NCBI RefSeq assembly: GCF_006345805.1
Contig: NC_043006.1
Span: forward strand, 91,760,001-91,824,000
Direction of reading: 5' to 3'
From: Octopus sinensis
Lineage: Eukaryota
DNA: 64,000 bases
The translations under genes were made by a program, and so were the position numbers. Of the stretch, positions 1 through 12,716 are shown piece by piece; the first letter of the stretch is position 1; each line of letters starts with the position of its first letter. Below the pieces are notes generated by a model. That model was not told the DNA's origin and did no database searches. It worked only from the letters and a program-made list of their open reading frames with translations.

Positions 1-316
1 GATGCATCACTATGACAGCTGAGAAGAGACTGCACTAAGTGCAAATGCCGTCATTTTGCTTCGTTAGATTTATCGTTACCATTACCATTGTATATTCTCA
101 TTCGTTGCTTGAACGCATAACACATGCACACATATACATACACGTATGCATGTAAACATATACATGTTTGTGCGCGCATGCATACACACATACACACATA
201 TATACATATATATATACAATATGTATCTATGAGCATGTATGCATATATGTCTGTATATATATGTATTGTGTACATCACTATCAGTCAGTCTGTTTGTCTG
301 TCTGACTGTCTGTCTC

Positions 317-357
<41 letters not shown>

Positions 358-1176
358 GTACATAACATACAATATTATATTTATATATGTATATATCTGT
401 CTATATCTCTATATACTTCAAAATAGCTGATTCAGTTTCGGCTAAGTACGTATCTGTTGTTCTCGCGGTCATTTCGGCTGGCTCTAAAGTGTACCGTGCT
501 TTTTTTTAAACACAATTCATTTACCAAGGGATTTGTCTGGATGGACACCGCTGTTTCCCACTCTCCAGCTCCATACATGCATTGTGTATGCCATATTGGT
601 AAAATATTTGCCACTGAGCTGTTTCTATTTTTAAATTCGAATTAAATATATACTAGCTTAATGTGACCTGCTCTACGCGCGGGTAAGAGTGTGGTTGTTA
701 CTTTCTGTTGCTTCCTTTCTGTTCTTTATCACCACATTCTCCCTCTTTGTTGCTCTCTCTGTTCTCTCTCACTTTCCCACTCTCTTACTCTTCCTTTCTC
801 TCCGACTCTCCGTCGCTTTCTCTAACTCTCTATCTTTCTCTATCTCTCTCTCCCATTTATAAACAACAAAAAATCTTGAGTAAGTTGAGAAAGAAAATAT
901 TATGAAAGATCAATCATAAATAACAGGCAGTGACAACGGATAGGCCTGCTTCAAGGCAGACAGCAGAACACTAACATTTAAAAGGAACAGACGAACTTGC
1001 GACCTGAATAAAAATATTAGAAACAAAAGTTTGAATGGATAGAATTGGAATTTCTTAATGCTGGACAGCAACGTTGTGGCAGTTTAACGGCTGGCGTAAA
1101 ACTTTGAACTTGAAGTAAAAGAAAATTCCTAAACACCAAGTTTTGAAGTGATTCGTTCTCAAGACAGTAGACTCAC

Positions 1177-1272
1177 CACGGCAAGCATTCAAAACTTCTT
1201 CATCATGGACGGCAACACATTGAAGATTTAAAGGCTGGCGCAAATCTTTTAGCTTGATGTAACAGAGAATTC
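1177..1272 (-). CDS. Weak candidate internal exon (96 nt, phase 1-1), GILCYIKLKDLRQPLNLQCVAVHDEEVLNACR; product unknown
   Basis: On the minus strand: ttttag acceptor, open frame and GTGAGT donor. An alternative acceptor would start the exon at 1286. A degenerate copy with a stop lies 144 bp away. No protein family recognised. Confidence 0.25.
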
Positions 1273-1543
1273 CTAAAAACCCGCACCTGTAAATTTTAAT
1301 CCCCTTCCACATTTAGACCCCTTTTCACATTTTGTTTAATATAACCCGATTTCATTCGGGTCAACTCGGGCCACATTTTATAAGATGAGGAATTTTGTCC
1401 TAGAGGTCACGCCTGTCATTTGAGGAAAAAAATACTCGCTATGCAAACTCGCCAGCACTTTTAACATAGGTGTGCATATTTTCAGCTCAACCGATAACAT
1501 AATGCACACGTTATAATATATATATATATAATATATATATTAT

Positions 1544-1574
<31 letters not shown>

Positions 1575-1688
1575 GTATTAAATATATATGTATTAAATAT
1601 ATGTATTAAATATATATATGTACATATATACGCATTATATATATATACACACACATATATATAAATATATATCCACATATATATATTT

Positions 1689-2200
1689 GTGGCTACCCCC
1701 TCGTTATCGAGTATGACCATGCATGTGCAAGAAGATTTTGTTTTAAAAGTAAAGAAAGGCTGTGCACTGAGTCAATCCCACTCACTAAGCAACAGCAGCC
1801 CTAATCCGAAAAGAAGAACAAGTCAACATCATCGGTAACCACTGAGCCGCAGGTTTTATGTCGGGATTATCCCAGTTACCTGAGTGACCTTCTCCTAGAA
1901 GGATGCCCTAACAAAGGCTAGGAGTCCTTCACTCCCAATGGTTTAACCGCGCGATCGAGTATGCAGTCCGATTATTTCTATGTCCCCGCGCATGATACAG
2001 CCTTAAGACATTTATTGGATGGCCGTTGACCCTCAAGAGTTCCTCTGCCCTTCGACGAGTTTTGTTTTTCATTCCGCAGAGTGTCCAATAAATATCCTCC
2101 TCACCAAGCAAGCTTGGTGGGGTTGCCGGTTTAGTCGCCGACGACCCGACCATGCAACAGGTTGTACTGGGTTACATGTTACCAGTAGCACTCGAAAGTG
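1689..2200 (-). mobile_element. Non-autonomous retroposon of about 510 bp, probably derived from an RTE-LINE (copy 1)
   Basis: High-identity reverse complement of 29349-29891 with the same two ends. Contains GGGCATCC-TAGGAGAAGG-N-AACTC, which I recall from RTE 5' regions. Microsatellites on both sides. Confidence 0.6.
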
Positions 2201-2239
2201 ACCTGACATAAACATACACACACACACACACACACACAC

Positions 2240-2331
<92 letters not shown>

Positions 2332-2333
2332 CA

Positions 2334-2801
2334 TATACAAAGCGGATGTACACGAAGTACGATCATTGCTAGAAATAGCAGCCGGTAAGCTATCGGTGCT
2401 ATGTAGAGCTTTAGTGAATGTTTACTGGCAGATATGTTTGCGGGCGGTGAATATAGGAAAATTCTGTCTTGCCTCTCTAGAGAGAGTTTGAGGAATGAAG
2501 AGTAATTCAATATTGCAGTTTCAAACTTTTCGGATCACGTGCGTTAGCGCGTATCCGGTTTGTTCTCTTCAGTTGAATGGACCATTGACGATAACATTTT
2601 AAAATATTCACTACATCTCTGCATGTTTACTCGGCTGAAATCCACAGTCAAAATCAGAACCAAGATCACTGTTATTAAAAATAACATTACTTTCCAGCAA
2701 GAATACAGCACCATAAAAGGAAGAATTATAAGTATACAAAGCGGATGTACACGAAGTACGAACATTGCTAGAAATAGCAGCCGGTAAGCTATGTAGAGCT
2801 T
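2334..2801 (-). mobile_element. 399-nt HHR-bearing monomer with about 70-nt terminal redundancy (PLE pseudo-LTR or retrozyme-like)
   Basis: Direct repeats at 2334-2411 and 2733-2801 (offset 399) enclose a minus-strand HHR. Confidence 0.7.
2505..2578 (-). ncRNA. Type I hammerhead ribozyme motif
   Basis: Minus strand reads ATTCAA-CTGAAGA-GAAC...GTTT-GAAACTGCAAT-A-TTGAAT. Stem I is a perfect 6 bp. Stem II has an inner CGGAT/ATCCG helix. Stem III is one mismatch from the palindrome ACTGCAGT. Confidence 0.75.
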
Positions 2802-2875
2802 CACTTTTAGGTGTTTTATTCTTGCTAGATAGTAATATCATTTATAATAATTTATATTTCTTGTATATATGTATG

Positions 2876-2964
<89 letters not shown>

Positions 2965-3005
2965 TGTGTGTGTATGTATATATGAATATATATATATATA
3001 CATAC

Positions 3006-3359
3006 ACATTAGAACAAGGCCATCATTTTACCATCAGAACAAACTTCATCTGTGCATCAGAAAACTTAATTTACGTGTTAACATGCGCAGGGTGCAATAG
3101 GCAATATATAGACCATACAACAAACCGCCTACGAAAAAGGATGGCAGTACATAAATCCCAAATTAGGAAGCCTGAATACAGGAAGATACCTGTTAGGGGG
3201 CACATAGACAGATGTGCTTCAAATAAAAATCCCAAATTCACAACTTTCCCACTTTACCAATTCAGTAACAACGTAACTTTCACTCAACGTCATAATAGAG
3301 AACTCTGTTTTATTAGAAAATTCAGACCAAGTTTAAACAGCCTGGGCCAGGAACATTAA
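3006..3359 (+). pseudogene. 5'-truncated GIY-YIG endonuclease of a Penelope-like element
   Basis: Reads FICASENLIYVLTCAGCNRQYIDHTTNRLRKRMAVHKSQI...RELCFIRKFRPSLN. This matches the PLE endonuclease pattern (IY..C..C..YIG.T, R...H, terminal RE..FI...P.LN), with YIG changed to YID. Confidence 0.85.
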
Positions 3360-3401
3360 AACTATATATCGATTTTCCTAAAAGAAAAATGGAATTCTAT
3401 T

Positions 3402-3416
3402 ACTACTACTACAACA

Positions 3417-3484
<68 letters not shown>

Positions 3485-3495
3485 CACTACTACTA
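3402..3495. repeat. (TAC)n microsatellite
   Basis: Visible trinucleotide run that produces the poly-Y ORF. Confidence 0.95.
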
Positions 3496-4659
3496 CAACC
3501 ATTATGGTCACTACTATCACTACTACGACCAACACAGTCTTCCACTGCTGCTGATAACGGTCACTTCCACTACTGCTGCTACTACTACAGCCAATGAACT
3601 GCTACCACAACTCCAACCACTGCTGATGTTGCTACTACTACAGCCAATAAACTGCTGCAACTCCAACCACCACCACCACGGTCACTACTACTACGACCAA
3701 CAGTCACTGCTACTACTGCTATTTCGGTCACTGGTCATTTCCCAAACTTCAACCAGCGAATCCAGTCAACACGCAAGACAGCTATTATGCTCCCCCCCCC
3801 ACAAAAACCCACCACGTGGACTCAGTTGAGACTAATAAGAAACAATTATGAACTTTTTTATTACACTTAACTTTTTAAAAGAAGAACCGAAACCTGTAAA
3901 ATTTCTAAGAAAATTAACATTTATCTTATATAGTGGCGTTTTCAAACTTCTTTTTTATAACTATATACCCACTCGTATACCACCTACATTTATTATGTAT
4001 ATATATATATATATATAGGAAAATGTGTGAAATCCTTCGTACAGTTTGGTATATTTGAAAAAGGAAGGGAATGACACTCTCGCTACAACACACACCTAAT
4101 TTCATCTTTAGCATAAAAAATTACTGAAGTTTCTGTTTATAAAATTAAGATAGTTGATTCAGCCATAAGAGAATTTGAAAAACATCTGACCATTATATTT
4201 TTTACAAAAGGTCAACTATTCAAATGGAACCAACAGGAGGACAATTTCACAAGCCCTTTATAAAACACTTCTTAAACACCTCACCATCTTTAAACTCCAC
4301 CCTCAATCAATTATCTTGTTTTTATCATTCACTCTTTTCTTTCAGCTCTTGTTCATCAACACTCCTTAACTCCTGCACTTATTAACAAACCCCAACCCCA
4401 ACATGGACACACCCAAATCTCTTATTTATAGAATCACTCAGCACAATACAACCTGAGACCAGTTTGACAATCGCCACCAACGAATGCCTGAAAGTTCTTC
4501 AGAAAGGTTATCAAGGAAGCTTTAAAAAATCCCACCTTCCAAAGTTAACATAGAACTTACTAGATCTAAAAACCAAACTGTAAAATTATATTATTAGAAA
4601 ATTAAATTGATTAGAACCACCAGTGAAGTCATTCTTTTCCTTTTTCAAATATATATATA

Positions 4660-4834
4660 TATATCGTTAGCCACTACATACATTTTTTTCTCTCCTTGTT
4701 TTCTGTGTCCCTTTCTGTAGAAGAGCGGAGGCTCGAAACGTAAAAGACTTTTTCTATTCCTGAGCGTTATACTAATACATCTGTTTGTTTTGTACACCAC
4801 CTGTCTTCGTCGTTTGTTTTTTTTCGTAAACTTT

Positions 4835-4837
<3 letters not shown>
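4660..4837 (+). mobile_element. PLE-type tail fragment with variant HHR, between two (TA)n tracts
   Basis: Homologous to the reverse complement of about 20355-20490. Contains CTTT-CTGTAGA-A-GAGC-GGAG-GCTC-GAAACGT-A-AAAG at 4711-4746. Confidence 0.6.
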
Positions 4838-4914
<77 letters not shown>

Positions 4915-4915
4915 T

Positions 4916-5265
4916 CTTTACTCATTTACTTCTTTCAGTCATTTGACTGTGGCCATGCTGGAGCACCGCCTTTAGTCGAGCAAATCGACCCTAGGGCTTA
5001 TTCTTTATAAACCTAGTACTTATTCTATCGGTGTGATTTACCGAACCGCTATGTTACGGTGATGTAAACACACCAGTTCGGTTAACAAGCGATGTTGGGG
5101 GGACAAACACAGACACACAAACACATACACACACGCATACACGCAAGACACACACACATATATATATACGACGGGCTTCTTTCAGTTTCCGTCTACCAAA
5201 TCCACTCACAAGCCTTTAGTCGGCCCGAGGCTAGAGTAGAAGACAGTTACTCAACGTGCCACGCA

Positions 5266-5268
<3 letters not shown>
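4916..5268 (-). mobile_element. tRNA-derived cephalopod-type SINE (family 1), 5'-truncated
   Basis: Reverse complement of the 25731-26128 copy over most of its length. Confidence 0.85.
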
Positions 5269-5322
<54 letters not shown>

Positions 5323-5406
5323 GTATGTATATATGTGTATATATATCTATATATATCTATATATACATACATACATATGTATGAAGGGAATAATATATGT
5401 ATATAT

Positions 5407-5501
<95 letters not shown>

Positions 5502-5965
5502 GGAAGGTTTGGAGACGGTGTTCTTGTATTTTATATTAGAAAAAATGAGTTACTCAGAAATTCGGATGGTTTTATATCTACAGATATTTATTTGTATATT
5601 ACATGTTTTTATACATCATATAACTTAGATCATGTATTAGCGCTTTCTCCCATTCTAGTGGGGTTTTCAAATCGAACTAAGTTCCTGTTAAAAAAGTTTT
5701 GACCATTTTATAGTGTTATTGAGTGCGTAGTGGTGGGGAGGGATATAAGACAGTACAAAAGGGTGATGGATGTGGAGAAAGTGAGAGAGAGAGAGAGAGA
5801 GAGCATGTGTGTGTGTGTATGTGTTTTTGCATTTGGTTTTGAGGTTTTAGAGAAGAATTCTTTTTATTATTGTTTTGTGGAGGTGTGTGTGTGTGTGCCT
5901 GTGTGTGTGTGTGTGGGGTTGTCTGTGAATTTGGAGAAGGGAAGAAAGGAGATGAAGAAGAAAAA

Positions 5966-6021
<56 letters not shown>

Positions 6022-7293
6022 TTTATTTTATATATGAGCAAGAAATGGAGTATGTAGCTCTCATTTGAACCTGTTCCGTTTGCTAGAAGGATGCAGACAA
6101 TGTGTGATGGAGTAATATTTAAACTAAATATTTTACAATGGCCACAGTGCTATGATGTGAGTCGCATATCATCTTTTGCTGTCACGTACAACTGAGTATA
6201 AAGCTTCGTCTAACATTTAAATCTATGGGGTTATAACGATGTAACCTGACCACATTTATGATACCCGATTGCGCAAGTTAATAACTGCTCCGTCATTAAA
6301 CATCTTCTTTGACGATTGTTCCTTTTACAATTATTTGTGCAAGCATTACGTTCATCACAGGAGCATAGGAATATGTGTTAGATGTGTGTATATGAGCAAC
6401 GAATAAATGTTCGGTTCTGTACGTATATACATACATATGTGTGTTCATATGATTCACGCTTCTTTCTTATATTCAAATATTACGTTATCAAATGAAAATG
6501 TCGATAAACGGAGCAGATTAAGCTGATGAAATCACTGAACTTCTGTTAAAGGGATTCCTTTAATGCAGATTTATGATTTGCCGTTTACAAATAACATCTT
6601 TCATTTATCAAAGAGGTATACAAATAATCTATTTGTTCAATGATGCAAAACCTAATAATACTAAAGCCCTTGGAGGTAGTCTGATACCTATTGCAAATAA
6701 AGCCGAGAGGCAGGAAGAGGTTATTTTCATTTTGTAAATTACTTTTCATCGAAGGATCTTAGTTTGAGGAATTCCTTCTAAATTTGTAGTGACTAGAGAG
6801 GGAGGCTAGCTTATAATAGCTAAAAGTAAGTAATATTTGCCGAAATTGTTATAAAAAAGCTGCAAAGTAACGTAGTATTGAAAAGAAAACTGTTGAGCGT
6901 AGAGCAATAAACAGGCGAATATTAAAAGAACCAACTTAGGAAAAGGAAGCGAAAAAATATGAGTTTCAATCTGGTCGGAATACGAATCAAATAAATGTTA
7001 AAGTAACACGAAATCGTAAGCTGTTTTATATTTGTATCCATTTAAAGTTGATGTGAAATTTGGTCTACTTTATGTTGTCTATTGACTTTTTATACATGCT
7101 AGGCCACTGGTAGTGAAATTTCGAAAAACATTAGCTACGCTATATATTTTACGTATATACATATCTATATAAATAAGGATAAGATCGATATTTAAATACC
7201 GATTTTATCAGGCGGCCAGCACGGGAATTAAAACCTTCAAAGGTAATGATTATTTAAAAAATATAATTTAGGGTATCTAAGAGATACCACAAT

Positions 7294-7808
7294 GCTGAAA
7301 ATAGCAGTCAAAACTTGACTCTAAAACCAGATTAAATGATCATACAGCACCAAGAGAGAAGACAAAGAGACAAAATAAACTAGCAAAACATTACTGGATA
7401 ACTTCAGTATCCTTATCTATATAAATTTATATATTGTATCTATTTAACATTTATCTATTGTATCATTTATCATTGTATCTATTTATATATTTATTCTGAC
7501 CATATCGCACGAGGAGTTTTAGGCGGACAATTTAAACTGGTCGTGTGCATACGTGCATATATATGTATGCATATGTTCGTATATGTAAGTATATCGTATG
7601 TTGTATGTGCATATATTTGTATTTATGTGCTATCTTAGTATATTCCACTGATGAAGGCAGAGCATTTCTTATGCAGAACCAGAAATCCTGGATCTGAAAT
7701 TATCCAGTAATTTTTTTGCTAGTTTCTTTTGTCTCTTTGTCTTCTCTCCTGGTGCTGTATGAACATTTAAAATGGTTTTAGAGTCAAGTTTTGGCTACTA
7801 TTTCCAGC
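7294..7808. repeat. Diverged inverted repeat (arms 7294-7412 and 7690-7808) overlapping an HHR; PLE-type inverted pseudo-LTR
   Basis: The arms of about 118 bp are reverse complements with scattered mismatches. Confidence 0.75.
7642..7700 (+). ncRNA. Degenerate type I hammerhead ribozyme motif
   Basis: ATTCCA-CTGATGA-AGG..GCAT ttctt ATGC..CCA-GAAATCCTGGAT-C-TGAAAT. Stem I pairs 5 of 6, stem III is near-palindromic, and the base of stem II is mismatched. Confidence 0.55.
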
Positions 7809-7840
7809 GTATAATTTTATACATACATACATACATGCAT

Positions 7841-7890
<50 letters not shown>

Positions 7891-10800
7891 GTCGTTCGAT
7901 AATACATCAGCAGACTTTGTTAAATGAAGACGTTGAATTAGGATGTTTTTTTTTAAATTGAATGAAATGAGACAGAAATATTTGATTGACGTACATAGTT
8001 ACAATTTGATGAACAAACGATTACAGAAAGTAGGTGAGATGTAGAGGTGTGCAAATATAATAGATAAGCATTATCTTTAATAAAGATACAAATTGGTTGT
8101 TGTTAAGGAAGATTACTATCAAAGTAATCAAGCTTCGTGAATTTTTATAGTATCTTCGTTAAGACGTTGGTTAATTATATTTTTCCTTCTTTTTTATGAT
8201 TAAGTGGAAGGAAGACTGGCGCATCTGGGACCTGCTGGGAGAGCTGCTGTGACAGGTGGGAGAAAAAGTGGAAGTTACCAGCCACAGAGAGGCCCAGTTC
8301 GACTGTTTACTAAAGAAGTGCTTTTACTAAGGCCAGCCAGGTGCAGGTAGTATTTTCAAACCGGACATTGGATGAAGTCTGTAAGTGAAAAATGTACGAC
8401 AGAATCTCTTGAAATTTCAAACGAAGGTTTGTGCCCTAGAACAAACAACTGACTGGAAAATCTCTTCAAAGACAAAATGTTATAATTGTTTCCAACTTGG
8501 TGAAAATGCCAAGGAAATTGCTGCTATGATATGACAACAGATTTTTCAGCTGCTGATTATAATAAAAAAAATTGTTACCAAAGAAATCATTTAATATGTG
8601 AAAATGCCTTTTCCCTCTTCAAGCTTGGGGATCGTAGATTTCAAACAGGAGTTTTAGATTATTCAATAAAAGGAGAATGAAATTCATTTTTCTTCTCGAT
8701 TTTTAAAACATAAATTTAGCATTGTGGAAATACTAAGACCCGATAAATCGAAAATATCATTGGCATGAAAAATAGATTAAAATGACAGAATACTGAGTTA
8801 TGCATTATATTACTTTGTTTTTCATTTAGTTCCTGCCAGAGTCCCATAATCCATTAGGTGATAGGAGCAACTTTAAAGATTTAAATATTTTCTTTTCATT
8901 TGGTGTATCTAACTCTAGAATCATATTCTGTCGAAATCTAAACTAGTTCGGATGAAAAAAATATGGAATATTTGAAAATTGAAATGTTGCTGTCAATGTA
9001 AATGATGAATGTATTGAGACTGGCTGTCCGATAAGATACTCTGACCTTGCAGCCAAAAGGTCAGCACCGGAGAAACTCGAATGCTTAAAAATCTCAGATG
9101 TAATCTTGGATGTTGATATAAAATCTGTTTAATTTCCTTTGTAGTAATGCATCAAACTTCGTCGCTGATGAAACCGAAGAAGATTAGTAATTGATTTTAC
9201 TGTTTGAATAATTCATACTAATGTTAAATGGCATGTAATTCGTTAACATGCACTTTGCCCTGTTGTCATATATTTGTGATCAATATAAAAGTTAATTGTG
9301 AAATTGATAACAGCTCGTTTTCCCAGGTCTTCAGGATGAAACAGATTGTTTTGTTTTCTACGTTAGTTTTTGAGAGTTACTGATAGATGTGAAGAATTTC
9401 TGTTCACTTTTCAGCTTGTGTTTTCAGTTTGAACTATACTCCAGCTGATCATGTCAAAAACTTTATAAGCTGGTCAATGATACCCTTAATAGTAGTCACA
9501 TGAAACACTTGATTCATTAAATTATTGTGTCGTTGACGAGAGTGGTTTGTTGACATGTATCACTGGATTAAAATCATTTCACAGGTGCCCCTGAAGGAAA
9601 CGATCTGTGCTCATGGCTTCGCAAGCCTTCTGGGCTCAGAGAAGTCAAAGCAGTTTATTTACATCGCCAACTAGAATAGTTTTCACCACATTTTAAATAT
9701 CGTCAAAACCAACGTATCGAGTGTGTGTTATCAACACACATTGTCTGAATAGAGGTGTTCTCCGTGGGTGTATTACAACATTAGTTAACATATTCATGTT
9801 CAAATTTGATGGAACATATTAAAAATGAATATGTGTATGATGGTTTTGTTTGGTGCTGTTTTACCTGACAATAATAATTTATAAACATGTCAGACATCAC
9901 GCACTGATAAATAGCTTCCTTACTGAATTCTATGGACAAGAATCATACGTCTTATTTAGATTCAGACATCCGGGAGTAGACGAAACCCACACGATGCGGT
10001 TGAAATACATACGTCACAAATTTCCCCCAAGTTTCTAAATCAATTGTGTTGTCATCTCGTATGATATAAAGGGTTAAGTTATTCTTAGTCGAAATACAAT
10101 GGCGATTAGCATATTTTCAACCAAATCTGCCAGAACGTGTTAGGGATGTGTGTGCGTGTCCTCATTTCTGGGCAGATCACCTTTTACTAAGTTTGGTGTG
10201 ACTTATAGAAAATGTGAAATGAATTTTATAGACTTTGAAGACGGTTGACTGCCAGTTGGCGCACTTGAAATTCACATCTACATCATGTGACCTGTTGCAA
10301 TAGTAACTAAATTCAGTAACTGTTTGTATATAGATGCAGATACTATTGTGTCAATAAAGATAGCTGAGGAACATGGCAAGGAATGATCGATAATCTCTCC
10401 CAACACCTTGCCGATTTTATATAAGCTCCTGAATAATTCAAACAAACAACAGGCTTACAAACAATTCTTTTGGTGCAGTTAAACAAATCAATCAATCCGA
10501 CGATCTGACACCAAACCACGCCATTTCCGTGAAATGAAACATATCACCTTACGTATGTTTGGGACAGTAGAACAAACACACATTTAGTAATTTTATTCTG
10601 TCCGACTGGAAACATTTATCTTATGAACAAAGTATACTGTATCTAATCAAATTATATGGTAAACTGTCTGACTTTTCAATGCTCATTATTACTTCCAAAC
10701 GTGAAGACATAATCAAATGGTTGCGTTGCTCTTTGCAATGTCGTCGACTCTGATTTTAATAAATTTATTTTTTGTAACATCACTTCTAATCAATTTTAAT

Positions 10801-12569
10801 GTATGATATTCATCTGCTTCATTCTTTCTTCTGAAGTAGTTGATGCCAACTCCTAACATATTATAATAGTCGTTACTGTTATCATAAGCTGACACCAGAA
10901 TTTCTCACAAAATACAACTCAATAATCTCACTGGTGACAATTAACTTCTTTGAAGCCCAAACCAATTTGAGTTTCAGAGTAAACCAGAATCTTGTGTTCG
11001 TTTTACTTTCCTTCTGATAATGTATCGTTCGAGGGAGTTTGCTCAAACAACTGACGAAGTTTATACTACAAACACCCATCACCTGTAGCTATGTTTACTA
11101 GGCTTTTACAGAAAAAAAATTGAACTAAATTCAACTTGTTTGTTAGCCACAAAATGTGAGAAAATCCCAGTTGAGTTTCTGATCCACCCTGTATGAGTAT
11201 ACTCGCGTTTTCTCGCTAATTCTGATGTGCCACTTGAAGGAAGATGTACTTTTTTCTCTAATGATTGACAGTTTTTAAATGACTCTAGATATTCATAGTG
11301 TAGCACGTTTCCAGTCCTATTAAGGATCAAATCGTGAGCTCCTGAGACTTACTCATCTCAGAAGCGTTCAGGAAATTCTATAAATTTAGCAGCGCCCAGT
11401 AAAGCTATAATCTTATAAAACGAGAATGCGAAATAATACCGAATTTATTAGTGTTTATGTCACAACATGCGAAATGAAATGTATACAATTCAATTATTAA
11501 ACTGTGTGTATATACAGTGAAATAATAATAATAATTCCATTTCTTATAAGGTGGATTATTTTCAGTTAGAATCAAAATAATGTTAGGTCCTCTTTCAGTA
11601 AATTGAAAGAAATTAAGACTGCTATTTTGGAAATTATACCTTTATATTTCAAAGCGGCTTAAGATGAGAAAACATTACCATGTACAGTCGTAATTAAATG
11701 TTGTGCTTTCATATGAAAATTTAATTAAACAATTTAACAGAAGCCAACAATCCAGATTATATCTTGGCTTCATTTGAGGGAAATTATGTTGTGTTTGACG
11801 TCGTATTAAAGGGAAGTTTCGTTATAGTGTTTTATTCATTTGAGCTAAAGTAGCGAAGTTATTAAGAAAATTCGCACAATGAAGGAAAAGTTAAATATTT
11901 TTGCTTTCGTGCGTAAGCCAGGTGACTCCCTAATCTTAAAAGTGCGGCACCATCTTTATATTGTAGAAAAAAGTGATCTGTATGTCTCGAAGAACGAAAC
12001 AGTCAGCTATTGATACAGTTAAGTGTATGCAACAGCCACACGATTGATTCTGAATAAAGAATAAAATATTTTCATTCTTTTTTTTTTACTAAATGTTTAA
12101 AGATCTTTAGACTCTTGTTTTGGTAAATGTTCGTTTCGTTACAGTTACGGTCTTTTGATCGCCCTGCACCTTTATTTCTATAAAATTGTGTTTGAAAATG
12201 CATAATAATCTTGACGTAAGTTACTCCAAACACTTAGGTTTGTAGATTAGAACGGCAATAGATAAACATTAGAAATAGTAAAATAGTTTTTCGCCAAACA
12301 GTGCCTTTTGTGACAAGGTCCCAGAGATAATTAGGAACAATTAACAAAAACAAAAAGAGTTTAAAGATCAGTGGCTCATTAAAACGTACTGTCATTGAGA
12401 AATACCATTCCCTTGTTCCCCGCGCCTGTTTGTTTTTGTCTTCGACCAATGTCATTATAGCGACATTTCACGATGATATAATTGTAACAAAGAAATAATT
12501 CTTTTTCGATGGAAGCTGCATCAGAATAGTAATAAATATCCTTTCTAATTTTATTTGAGGCCAGTCATT

Positions 12570-12716
12570 TTGAATGGTCCTTTATTTTATTGACCCTGAA
12601 ACGATGAAAAGCGAATTTTACTTTGGTGGAACTGAGATTAGAATGTAATGAATCGGAAGAGATAGTGCAAGGCGGTTTTTTCCTACACTCTAATAACAAA
12701 TCTGCAAGCTTGCCAC
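12570..12716 (-). mobile_element. Degenerate SINE (family 2, containing the TCATCC..GGGTCGATAAAATAAGTAC domain)
   Basis: The stretch ttattttattgaccctgaaacgatgaaaag matches the domain seen at 18430-18470, 46240-46280 and 63340-63365. Confidence 0.5.

Noticed and set aside
1929-2153. 74-aa ORF MVGSSATKP... seen twice (also 29396-29620)
   Set aside because: It lies inside the duplicated non-autonomous retroposon, so its recurrence reflects repeat identity. No domain recognised.
8200-11100. Coding-like composition with short ORFs on the minus strand, possibly an ancient transposase or pseudogene
   Set aside because: Many stops and frameshifts, and no motif I could assign with confidence.
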